This document shows positions 1-8,836 of a stretch of DNA of 41,402 bases, piece after piece. This DNA is from a virus. Its lineage: Duplodnaviria; Caudoviricetes. The position numbers and the translations under genes are program-made. The notes beneath the pieces were generated by a model, which ran no database searches, was not told the origin of the DNA, and saw only the letters and a list, made by a program, of their open reading frames with translations. The stretch is from positions 1-41,402 of the IMG/VR virus record IMGVR_UViG_3300033067_000869. One strand, given 5' to 3'. Numbering within the stretch: position 1 is the stretch's first letter; each line of letters starts with the position of its first letter.

Positions 1-399
1 AAGAGTGCATTTGACATATTTAGGGAAAATGGAATCGCAGTAATAAAGTCTAATAATCGGCGTGTAGACGGTTGGTTAAGTGTAAAAGAGTGGCTAAAGA
101 TAGTTGACAGTAAGGACGAGCAAACAGGCGAATCAATAAAGACTAGCAAGCTAAAGATATTTAAAAACTGCATTAATCTTATAAGATGCTTACCTCAATT
201 ACAATTTGACAAAAACAATCCGTCCGATGTTGCGACAGAACCGCACGATATAACACATGCTCCAGATGCGTTACGTTACTTTTGCATAATGCGACAACCT
301 CCAACAATAGTTAAAAAAGAGTTTAAAGGGTCGTTTTATACAAAAGGTGAAATGGAAGATTTGGGAATTAAACAATTTGAAATAAAGAGGGTGACTTAA
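1..399 (+). CDS. terL: Terminase large subunit, C-terminal nuclease domain (5' truncated by window edge)
   Basis: Frame 1 is open from base 1 to TAA at 397-399 (not in ORF track): ...NRRVDGWLSVKEWL...KLKIFKNCINLIRCLPQLQFDKNNPSDVATEPHDITHAPDALRYF; the H-x-x-D-A-L-R-Y motif is typical of TerL RNase H-like C-termini; lies upstream of portal. Confidence 0.92.
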   Translation, partial: KSAFDIFRENGIAVIKSNNRRVDGWLSVKEWLKIVDSKDEQTGESIKTSKLKIFKNCINLIRCLPQLQFDKNNPSDVATEPHDITHAPDALRYFCIMRQPPTIVKKEFKGSFYTKGEMEDLGIKQFEIKRVT

Positions 400-644
400 T
401 GGATATAGTAATTTTAATAATGCTATGCTTAAATTTGTGTTTATCTGCTATATGTATATACTTTCACATAATCAAAAAAGAATCGAAAAATGAAGCAATT
501 AAAGAAGAAACCGAGGAAGAATATGTGTTAAGAATAAAGCCTAACTTTAAAAATCCTTTGAAAAATTATGATGCGTATTATGAAAAGCGTAAAGGCTTAT
601 TAAGTCCTGTTCGGGCAGGGAGTAAGGAGAGTGATACCAATTGA
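399..644 (+). CDS. Small single-TM phage protein
   Basis: N-terminal hydrophobic stretch, RBS AGAGGGTG, TAATG coupling to terL and overlap with portal. Confidence 0.7.
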   Translation: MDIVILIMLCLNLCLSAICIYFHIIKKESKNEAIKEETEEEYVLRIKPNFKNPLKNYDAYYEKRKGLLSPVRAGSKESDTN

Positions 645-2440
645 TTAAGCTAGACAAGGATTATTATAAAAAAGTTAGAAGCGACTACATGAGTGTTGAG
701 AAGGTAGCCGAATCAGATAAGTTTATTCAATGGTATAGGTCTGCTTGGAACGATAAGGACAGTAGAAACTTTTTTGACATGTGGGAATTGTCTTACAAGT
801 ACTGGGAAGGTAACAGCGTTAATTTACCTGAAAACGACACTAACCCTGGAAGCAATGTCAATATAGTTCATCCTAATATCGAAGGACAAGTTGCATTATT
901 GGTTGAGCAGAACATTGATGTTGAAGTATTACCAACCGAACCCGGAGATGAATTGTTTAGCGAATATGTTCAAAACATTTTAAAGTGGATAATCGAAAAA
1001 AATAAAATGGAACGAAAACTTGATTGTTTTTGGCGAAGGACTGAAATCTTTGGTACATGTGGGTTTAGGGTTATATTTAATCCTTCGTACAAAGGAAAAC
1101 TTGGCTTGCCTGAAATAGAAGTTGTCAATCCTGCTTATATTTTTGTTGACCCTAATATTACTGATATAAACAAGTTAGATGATGCAGAGTTTATAATTGA
1201 GACAGTAAAAAGAAGCATATATAATGCACGAAATAAATTTGGCGATATAGCCGATGCAATCGAGCCTGGATTTAATCCTACCAGCGTTGACGATTATATT
1301 TTCGACGAAGACGAAGCAGAAACAGACGAAACAAGCAAAGCAAATTATTTACATATGTTTGTATGGTTTAAAGAAAAAGGTAAATTGCAATTAGTCGAAA
1401 TGGCAGGGTGTGGAGTTATATTGTCGGATAGCAGGGAAAAGGGGAGCGAACGTTATTTCCCTAATGACAAATACCCTTACAAGCTTATGACATTATACAG
1501 GCGTGAAGGCACTATCTGGGGCAAAGGTGACGCAGAATTATTGATTAACTTGCAAGACTTAATCAATGACATAGATGACCAAATCCGAATTAATGCAAGG
1601 CTTAGCGGTAATCCACAAAAATTAATAAGCACATCGGCAGGAATTGACATTGAAAAGTGGACAAATGAACCTGGACTTAATATCCCTTGTCACGAAGTCG
1701 GAACAGCGTATCAACCAGTAATACCACCACCTATGGCACAATATCCGATTGAGCGTAGAAGGTATGCACTAGAATATGAAACAGCAAAGGTTACTAGATT
1801 TAGTGACCAACAAACTGGAGTTAGACAACAAGGCGTTGACACAGCAACGGAAGCATTAGCATTACAACAGGCAGGAAGTGCAGGAATAGGGCATAAGAAA
1901 CTATTGTTACAAGAGACATTATCAGAAGTGTTTGAATATATCCTTGATTGCGTGAAAGAGTATTACACCGAAGAACAAGCGTTTAGGATAACAGGGAAGA
2001 AAGCAGAATTCATGTTTTTCAAGGGTAGCAAGTTAAAGAGTACTCCTAAAATGATTCCTGCTACGGATGAATATGTAAGTAAGTTTATGCAAAAGAATCC
2101 TGCCTTAACTCCACCGACAACGATGATAGACGACACAGCCGAAGCAAAAGAATCTGAATTTGACGTAAAAGTAACGGTTGGCGCAGGATTGCCAACAAAT
2201 AAGGCTTTTGTGTATCAAGTTATCAATGAAGCGTTTGCGAAAGGTATTATTACACCACAGGAAGCAAGAAACTTATTAAGAGAATATGTGAAGTTACCAG
2301 TACCAGAAACACCGATAGAACAACAACAGCTTATGCCACAACAAGGGCAACAAGGACAACCTGTGCAGAATCCTAATATGATGGGTATGACTCAAGGAGG
2401 AAATCCAATGCAACCAAGTATGGGGGGTGCAATGGGATGA
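641..2440 (+). CDS. Portal protein (P22-like)
   Basis: 599 aa after terL; motifs NIVHPNIEGQVALL, PAYIFVDPN, IWGKGDAELLINLQDLIN, DTATEALALQQAG, FDVKVTVGAGLPTNK and a Q/M/G-rich tail typical of P22-like portals. Confidence 0.9.
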   Translation: MIKLDKDYYKKVRSDYMSVEKVAESDKFIQWYRSAWNDKDSRNFFDMWELSYKYWEGNSVNLPENDTNPGSNVNIVHPNIEGQVALLVEQNIDVEVLPTEPGDELFSEYVQNILKWIIEKNKMERKLDCFWRRTEIFGTCGFRVIFNPSYKGKLGLPEIEVVNPAYIFVDPNITDINKLDDAEFIIETVKRSIYNARNKFGDIADAIEPGFNPTSVDDYIFDEDEAETDETSKANYLHMFVWFKEKGKLQLVEMAGCGVILSDSREKGSERYFPNDKYPYKLMTLYRREGTIWGKGDAELLINLQDLINDIDDQIRINARLSGNPQKLISTSAGIDIEKWTNEPGLNIPCHEVGTAYQPVIPPPMAQYPIERRRYALEYETAKVTRFSDQQTGVRQQGVDTATEALALQQAGSAGIGHKKLLLQETLSEVFEYILDCVKEYYTEEQAFRITGKKAEFMFFKGSKLKSTPKMIPATDEYVSKFMQKNPALTPPTTMIDDTAEAKESEFDVKVTVGAGLPTNKAFVYQVINEAFAKGIITPQEARNLLREYVKLPVPETPIEQQQLMPQQGQQGQPVQNPNMMGMTQGGNPMQPSMGGAMG

Positions 2441-2700
2441 TTATTTTAAAAAGCAATGGAACCAATAAAGATACCTACATAAACCATGCTAAACAGCATA
2501 AGTGGTGGCAACCAGACGTAAGCGGAAAAACAAATACCGAAGTATTGAAAGAACTACAAAATAGGCCTATATGTCCACAATGTGAAACATTAGCAATGAG
2601 ACATAGGGATAGAAATAATATGAAGTGTCCAAAATGTGGATACGAGGGACGTATTACATGTACTCTTGATGAAATGATGACCAAAGAATTATATAAGTGA
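2437..2700 (+). CDS. Small zinc-ribbon protein
   Basis: CPQC...CPKCG pairs; ATGA coupling to portal. Confidence 0.7.
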   Translation: MIILKSNGTNKDTYINHAKQHKWWQPDVSGKTNTEVLKELQNRPICPQCETLAMRHRDRNNMKCPKCGYEGRITCTLDEMMTKELYK

Positions 2701-2709
2701 GGTGATACA

Positions 2710-3036
2710 ATGACAGTCAAAAAGCCAGTTTGTGAGTGTGGATATATCTTTACATCCAAAGATATAACACGAGGCGTAAGGCCTATAGCTGATTTAAATT
2801 TACCACATGATTTTTATGGTGGTAATGTAAAGTATTACTGTAGTTATGATTGCAAGTGTGGTAAAAAATATCTGCTATTTACTAGACCCGAAGCTAATAG
2901 CCACAAAATTAAGATAATTGCAGAGGTGAATACAGTTGATAAAGAAAACGAAACAGGGATACAAAGTGGAGAGCAAGAAAGGAAAGGATTTGAGCAAAGA
3001 CAACCTTTCCAAAGAACAGGCGGTAAAAAGACTTAA
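2710..3036 (+). CDS. Small Cys-rich (zinc-binding) hypothetical protein
   Basis: CECG and CKCG motifs; RBS GAGGTG. Confidence 0.65.
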   Translation: MTVKKPVCECGYIFTSKDITRGVRPIADLNLPHDFYGGNVKYYCSYDCKCGKKYLLFTRPEANSHKIKIIAEVNTVDKENETGIQSGEQERKGFEQRQPFQRTGGKKT

Positions 3037-3076
3037 ACAGATTGAGTATTTCAAGAACAAGAAAGGAAAATAATTT

Positions 3077-3367
3077 ATGCTTAATATTCCTAAAAAAATA
3101 AAGGTTGGTGCTATAGAGTACGATATTGAAATAGTGCCATTTCCAGACGAAAGCGATTGTCAAGTTGATGGTAAAATTTACTATCATTTGCAAAAAATAA
3201 AAATAAAAGATTATGGTTTAACGGATTATTTGCAAGAAGTTTTTTTGCATGAGCTTGTACATGCAATATTTGAACATATGCAGATTGAACAGTCTGAAGT
3301 TCCTGTTACTAAGATTTCAAAAGCTTTGCATATGATTATAAAAGATAATCCAGATATATTTAAGTAA
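3077..3367 (+). CDS. Small HExxH metallopeptidase-like phage protein
   Basis: IPKKIKVGAIEYDI...GKI...QEVFLHELVHAIF pattern. Confidence 0.75.
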   Translation: MLNIPKKIKVGAIEYDIEIVPFPDESDCQVDGKIYYHLQKIKIKDYGLTDYLQEVFLHELVHAIFEHMQIEQSEVPVTKISKALHMIIKDNPDIFK

Positions 3368-3469
3368 ACTTTCGTTGGAGTTAATCAACGTTAATTAATT
3401 ATGGTGTCTGACTACCACTAAACGCCAGTAAAATCAATCGTGTCTCACACGTAAAATGGAGGAATAGTA

Positions 3470-4261
3470 ATGAGTGAAGAAATGTTTGACAATTTTACAA
3501 TTGATGATTCAGAGGGTGTTGATATCAATGAAGAGCTAGACGAGATAATAGACGATAGCGAAGACGATACAGAAGAACCCGAAGTGAAGCAAGAAGAAAA
3601 AGAAAAGATGGTACCATTAAAAGCGCTTGAAGCAGAACGGAACAAATGGAAGAAAAAATTGGAACAACAAAAGAATATGCAACACACTAAATCTTCATCA
3701 GAAAATTTTGATGAAGATTCTTTTTTGGAAAAAGAGATTGCAAAGTACCGAGCCAAAGGTTGGGACGATGATACAGCAAAGACGTTTGCTGAAACAAATC
3801 TTGAACACAAAAAAGAATTGTTCGAATTAAAAAATATGCTTAAAGACACTGGTAAATCTGCAACAAATATCAAGCGAGAAATTGAAATTGAGAATTTATC
3901 AAAAGATTCTTTCTACCTAGGATTGGAAGATTCAGAGATAAGAGAAGAGGTTGAAACATTATCAGATAAAACAGGGTTAAGCATTAAACAGGCTTACAAT
4001 GCGTTATATGGCGAAAAGTCAAGGGCAGAAATTAAACAGGCGATAGAAAATGAAGTCGTCAATAATTCTAAAAAAAGACAATCTGCATACGTTGACTTCT
4101 CAAGTAATGGACAACCAGATGTTAAGTCAAAAGTAAATTTATCTCCCGAAGAAGCTATGATTGCTAAAATGGCGAAGATGTCACCTTCCGAATATTTGGC
4201 AATGAAGAAAATGAATTCTACAGAACAATTTAAAAAATTTAAATCTAATAAGAAAGGATGA
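3470..4261 (+). CDS. Capsid scaffolding protein
   Basis: Acidic N-terminus, VPLKALEAERNK coiled coil, C-terminal LSPEEAMIAKMAKMSPSEY; position before capsid genes. Confidence 0.8.
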   Translation: MSEEMFDNFTIDDSEGVDINEELDEIIDDSEDDTEEPEVKQEEKEKMVPLKALEAERNKWKKKLEQQKNMQHTKSSSENFDEDSFLEKEIAKYRAKGWDDDTAKTFAETNLEHKKELFELKNMLKDTGKSATNIKREIEIENLSKDSFYLGLEDSEIREEVETLSDKTGLSIKQAYNALYGEKSRAEIKQAIENEVVNNSKKRQSAYVDFSSNGQPDVKSKVNLSPEEAMIAKMAKMSPSEYLAMKKMNSTEQFKKFKSNKKG

Positions 4262-4268
4262 TTGACAA

Positions 4269-4691
4269 ATGGCTAAAATGACTTATAAAGGTTCAGTTGA
4301 TGGTTCTCATCAGAAAATAGAAAGATGGGCAGTTAATGCGTCACAAACAATAATTGATGGACAGTTTGTTATATATTCATCTGGTAAAGTTACTACTGCG
4401 GCGGCTACAGTTGCTGCAAACTCAATCCTAGGAGTGTCTATGGAAGCAATAACCACTACAAGTAGTGTTGACGCTGATGACGCTATATTGGTTGACACTA
4501 ATCCTAATTCCATTTATGAGATGGATTATACTGCTACTACTGTTGCAGTTGGTACAGCTTACGATTTAAGTAATGCTTATACTCTTAATCAAGGAGATAC
4601 TTCTCCGGGAGCAATAAGAGTTCTTGAAGTTGACACAACTAATGTTAGATGCGATGTCATTGTTGAAGATGGATACCATTTCTACGGATAA
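4269..4691 (+). CDS. Putative capsid decoration/cement protein
   Basis: 140-aa beta-rich protein (GQFVIYSSGKV, ILGVSME, VDTNPNSIYEMD) between scaffold and major capsid. Confidence 0.65.
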   Translation: MAKMTYKGSVDGSHQKIERWAVNASQTIIDGQFVIYSSGKVTTAAATVAANSILGVSMEAITTTSSVDADDAILVDTNPNSIYEMDYTATTVAVGTAYDLSNAYTLNQGDTSPGAIRVLEVDTTNVRCDVIVEDGYHFYG

Positions 4692-4723
4692 TTCAAAATT
4701 TAAAAAGTTAATTTAAGGAGGTA

Positions 4724-5635
4724 ATGTTAATGTCTACAGGCAGAATTAATAGAGGTAATTTTTCGCAACTTTTAACACCGATACATAAAAAAATATTCTT
4801 TGAAAACTACGAAGCAAAACCAACGCAGTATACAAAGATATTTAAAACGGAAAATATGAGTAAGAAAGAAGAAACATTCCCACACATGGGAGCATTTGGA
4901 ACGTGGTCAAGCAATAGTGAAGGTGGAACAATTAACGAATCAACAATGTCGCAAGGAAACACAGCTACATTTACAGCCGAAAGATATGATAAAGGTTATT
5001 CAATCACTTGGGAAGTTGTAAAAGATGACCTTTATAACGTATTAAAGGGCTATGGAAAAGGTGGTTCCGCTCAAGCATTGGGTCGTGGATTAGCCGCTAC
5101 AATCGAAACGCAATGCGCCGCTGTCCTAAACGGTGGATTTTCTAATACTGGTTATGATGCAGTTGCATTATTTGCCAATACCCATCCATTAGCAGATTCA
5201 GCGTCAACAGGCGATAACCTTACAACGGGCGCTTTGAACGATGCTAATTTAAAGCTTGGTATGATTCTTATGAGGGATCAGAGGGACGAAGCAAATATTA
5301 TAATTCAAGCAATGGCTAAGCAGTTGATTGTTCCTCCTGAACTTGAATATACTGCTAAACAAATTATAGCTTCAACTTTGATTTCTGGAGAGTTAAGCAA
5401 TACTAAGAATACTGTTCCAAATCTTGAAATTGTTGTAATGGATTATTTGACAAGTGCAACAGCTTGGTTCTTGCGTGACCCAAGTTTTGATAACTTGATG
5501 TTTATGTGGAGAGAAACTCCAATATATGACTTCCAACCTATACCAAAAACAGTCGATGTATTCTGCTATGGTTATTCTAGGTTTGATGAAGGTTATACGG
5601 ATTGGAGAGGGTTAATTGGTAGTGCAGGAACATAA
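4724..5635 (+). CDS. Major capsid protein (Mu gpT-like, HK97 fold)
   Basis: YDKGYSITWEVVKDD, GYDAVALFANTHP, LIVPPELEYTA, DYLTSATAWFL, GYTDWRGLIGSAG; true start may be ATG 4730. Confidence 0.9.
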   Translation: MLMSTGRINRGNFSQLLTPIHKKIFFENYEAKPTQYTKIFKTENMSKKEETFPHMGAFGTWSSNSEGGTINESTMSQGNTATFTAERYDKGYSITWEVVKDDLYNVLKGYGKGGSAQALGRGLAATIETQCAAVLNGGFSNTGYDAVALFANTHPLADSASTGDNLTTGALNDANLKLGMILMRDQRDEANIIIQAMAKQLIVPPELEYTAKQIIASTLISGELSNTKNTVPNLEIVVMDYLTSATAWFLRDPSFDNLMFMWRETPIYDFQPIPKTVDVFCYGYSRFDEGYTDWRGLIGSAGT

Positions 5636-5639
5636 TTAA

Positions 5640-5668
5640 AAGAGCCTTAATTAAGGCTCTTATCTTTT
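5640..5668 (+). terminator. Intrinsic terminator after major capsid gene
   Basis: AAGAGCCTTAA/TTAAGGCTCTT inverted repeat followed by ATCTTTT. Confidence 0.7.
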
Positions 5669-5689
5669 AATCGAAAGGAGAGGAATTAA

Positions 5690-7090
5690 ATGGCATTAGT
5701 AACAGGTTCTAAATCTGGGGCATTTATTGCTCCGATAGTAATGAGAGATTCAAGTGGCAACGAAAGAACTGTTATAACTACGAACGGTAATGTTATTTAT
5801 GGTTTTCAGTCTGGAAATCAATTTTATGTTGATAGTGGCGGAACTGGTGCAAGTGACTCAAATGATGGTTTAGGATGGAGTTCTGCACTTGCTACACTTG
5901 ATGCGGCAATTGCAAAATGTACCGCAAATAATGGAGATGTTATTTGGATTGCTCCGGGTCATTCAGAAACATATACGACTACAGGAACTAAACTTACAGT
6001 TGATGTAGCAGGAGTTACAATTATAGGCTTAGGTTCTGGAGCTTCAAGACCAACATTTACATTCGGTCATACAGGGGCTACGTTTGCTATATCATCGGCT
6101 AGTTGTTATATTGAGAATATAGTTCTTGCTAGTAATGTTGACCAAATAACCACATTTTGTACTATAAGTGGAGCAGATTGCACATTGGTTGATATCGAAA
6201 CAAGAGATACAACCGACAAAGAAGCTATTGACACGTTTATAACAACTGCCGCCGCTGATAGGCTTAAAGTTATTAGACATTTCCACAATGGTTATACTGG
6301 TGGAGATGCTAACGCTAGAGTTTGGAAATTAGTTGGTACTGATAATGCGTTGTTTGACAATTGTCGTTTTATGACAAAGGTTACAACCGCAGTTATAAAC
6401 TTTACAGGAACATCTTGCACAAATGTTGTTGTGAAAAATAGTGATTTCCTAGTAACATCAACAACTGATTTATCTAAAACTGTTGTTGATACTGTTGGAA
6501 GTTCAACATGGGAAGTAACAGGAAGCTTTGACTTAGGAGCAGGAGCGGGATTTTCTGGCGGTAGTGGTGCGGCACTTGCCAAAGATGATGTTAGTGCAGT
6601 TTCTACAGCAATTGCAACATTGCAAACAGTAGTCAAAGGTACTGATGGTCTTGACTATGGAGCTTCTAATTATATAGGAGTAACCGTTCCTATGAATTCT
6701 GCTACATGGAACACAGCGGCTTCACATGAAATATTGACTATAACAGGAATGGTACGAGTTAAAATTATAGCAGAATGTACAGCTACTCTTACAGATAGTG
6801 GAAATGCAGGAACAATACAACTAGGAGTTGAAGGTGCTACTAGTGCGTTTATTGCTAGCACAGATAGTGATGATATTGTTACAGGTGATTTGTGGTATGA
6901 TGCAACCCCAACACTAGGAGTTGACACAACTAGTTCTGTGGTTATTGATAAAATTATAGCAGGTGGACTTGATGTTGGATACGAAATTGGTGGCGAAGCA
7001 TTAACAGGAGGAACGTTAGTGTTTCATTGTTGGTGGACTCCACTAAATGCAACAGGTGCAGTTGTTGCAGGAGCAGGTGGAACATTATAA
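5690..7090 (+). CDS. Virion appendage protein with pectin-lyase-like beta-helix
   Basis: FYVDSGG...SDSNDGLGWSSALATLDAAIAKCTANNGDVIWIAPGHSET, a typical beta-helix N-terminal signature; G/T/A-rich. Confidence 0.7.
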   Translation: MALVTGSKSGAFIAPIVMRDSSGNERTVITTNGNVIYGFQSGNQFYVDSGGTGASDSNDGLGWSSALATLDAAIAKCTANNGDVIWIAPGHSETYTTTGTKLTVDVAGVTIIGLGSGASRPTFTFGHTGATFAISSASCYIENIVLASNVDQITTFCTISGADCTLVDIETRDTTDKEAIDTFITTAAADRLKVIRHFHNGYTGGDANARVWKLVGTDNALFDNCRFMTKVTTAVINFTGTSCTNVVVKNSDFLVTSTTDLSKTVVDTVGSSTWEVTGSFDLGAGAGFSGGSGAALAKDDVSAVSTAIATLQTVVKGTDGLDYGASNYIGVTVPMNSATWNTAASHEILTITGMVRVKIIAECTATLTDSGNAGTIQLGVEGATSAFIASTDSDDIVTGDLWYDATPTLGVDTTSSVVIDKIIAGGLDVGYEIGGEALTGGTLVFHCWWTPLNATGAVVAGAGGTL

Positions 7091-7101
7091 TCTAAGTAAA
7101 T

Positions 7102-7133
7102 GGTGGGATTAATTTCCCACCTTATTTTATTTA
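7102..7133 (+). terminator. Intrinsic terminator
   Basis: GGTGGGA-ttaatt-TCCCACC followed by TTATTTTATTT. Confidence 0.65.
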
Positions 7134-7148
7134 TAAGGAGTTGACAAA

Positions 7149-7496
7149 ATGGCTAATATAGTCGAACTAAACAAAGGTGCGGTAACAACTGCTCATAGTG
7201 CAATAGCAGTAACAACAACATCAAGTGCTATTGATACAAGAGGATATAATGCCGTTCTTGTTCATGTTGATATAACTGATTCAGGAGCGTGGACAATTAA
7301 AATTCAAGGTGCTTTAACTCCGTCTGATACTTATGTTGATTGGTATGATAGCAACGGTGTATTAATGAGTACCGGAAGTATATCCGCAGATCAAGGAATA
7401 ATTTTTGTAGGAATTCCAGATACAATAAAAGTTGTTGCTACAGAGGACACAAACGGCGCTACATTAACGGTAAAAGTTCAACCTATAGTAGTATAA
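7149..7496 (+). CDS. Small beta-sandwich structural protein
   Basis: All-beta composition, RBS AAGGAG, lies in structural module. Confidence 0.65.
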   Translation: MANIVELNKGAVTTAHSAIAVTTTSSAIDTRGYNAVLVHVDITDSGAWTIKIQGALTPSDTYVDWYDSNGVLMSTGSISADQGIIFVGIPDTIKVVATEDTNGATLTVKVQPIVV

Positions 7497-7510
7497 GGGG
7501 GTTATTCAAT

Positions 7511-8824
7511 ATGATAACTTCTCACGTAAAGTCATTGCCACTTGATTTTGTAAGGAATAAAGTAGCCGCAACGTTTTCAGTTTATAAAAAGAATTCAAGA
7601 TACAAAAGCAATAAATGTTTTAGGATTAGGCGAAGTGATGATGATACCGAAATAGATATAGGATTTAGTGGTATACATTTAGATGTTCCTAGTATTCATA
7701 ACTTTTTAAAAAGGAACATTGCAACTTCTCCACTAATGAACGTTGACACAGACTCTGATGGTGTAGTTGATGATTTTGCTTCTTATACTTCTGGTGATGT
7801 TACGGCAACATGGTCGCTTGATTCAGCACAAAAGTTTGACATTACGGCAAGCACAGGAACAGGATTGAGTTATATATACCAAGCCGAAACAATAACGGCT
7901 GGGCAAATAGTCAATATTGAAGTTGATTATAAGGTGCTAGGTAACGTTACAATCAAAGCTTATATTGACTGGTATAATGTTGGTGCTTTTATTTCAACCT
8001 CAACAATAGTCGATGGAATAGAAACTACATATACAAGATTATCGAATAGTGGTTTGACTGCTCCAACAAATACAACTGTAGGATATATTAGATTATCCGT
8101 TGAACCTAATTCGAATGGCGACACTGGATCAGCATGGTTTAAAAATCTCAACATATATAAAACTAATTTATCTGCTTTTGTAAAAACATGGTACGACCAA
8201 AGCGGAAACGGCAACGATGCTACCATGACTACAAACGCTTCTCAACCTAGAATAGTAAACGCAGGAACTCTCGAAGTAGATTCTAAAGGCAAGCCTAGAA
8301 TATATTTTGATGGCAGTAACGACATTTTAACTATTGCAAATAGTGCAAGCGTTGACATTACAGCGCAACCGTTATTTTTAAATTGTGTTTTTGCAGGAAC
8401 TGGAACTATTGGTTATATGTTTGCAAAAAACTTAGATTCATCAGCTACTTTACAATATGCAATTTTGTACAATAATGGTGGTAAAAAATGTGTCACAACT
8501 TATCTTCAAGGTACTACAATAAGACAGGAAACAGCAATAAACTCAATAGATTATAACACACAAGCTATATTCAGTTTATCTTTTGCAAATGGCGCACAAA
8601 AGGGATATGTCAATGGTGCTTCCTCTGGTAACGATGGTAATTATAATAGTACGATGACAAGTCGTGCAAATATGAACATAGGTGGAAGAAGCGGAAGCGT
8701 GGACGGTTCCACGAAAATAGAACTATATCAAGGGTATATATCTGAAATAATTATAATAAGTAATACTACAAATCGAAATAAAATCGAAAAAAAACAAAGT
8801 AAATATTATGAAATACAAATTTAA
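7511..8824 (+). CDS. Virion protein, concanavalin/LamG-like domain with inserted CBM-like domain
   Basis: CFRIRRSDDDTEIDIGF and VKTWYDQSGNGNDA..SQPRIVNAG..IYFDGSND..YQGYISEIII motifs; central DTDSDGVVDDF..GSAWFKNL segment. Confidence 0.7.
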   Translation: MITSHVKSLPLDFVRNKVAATFSVYKKNSRYKSNKCFRIRRSDDDTEIDIGFSGIHLDVPSIHNFLKRNIATSPLMNVDTDSDGVVDDFASYTSGDVTATWSLDSAQKFDITASTGTGLSYIYQAETITAGQIVNIEVDYKVLGNVTIKAYIDWYNVGAFISTSTIVDGIETTYTRLSNSGLTAPTNTTVGYIRLSVEPNSNGDTGSAWFKNLNIYKTNLSAFVKTWYDQSGNGNDATMTTNASQPRIVNAGTLEVDSKGKPRIYFDGSNDILTIANSASVDITAQPLFLNCVFAGTGTIGYMFAKNLDSSATLQYAILYNNGGKKCVTTYLQGTTIRQETAINSIDYNTQAIFSLSFANGAQKGYVNGASSGNDGNYNSTMTSRANMNIGGRSGSVDGSTKIELYQGYISEIIIISNTTNRNKIEKKQSKYYEIQI

Positions 8825-8836
8825 AGGGGTGAAACA

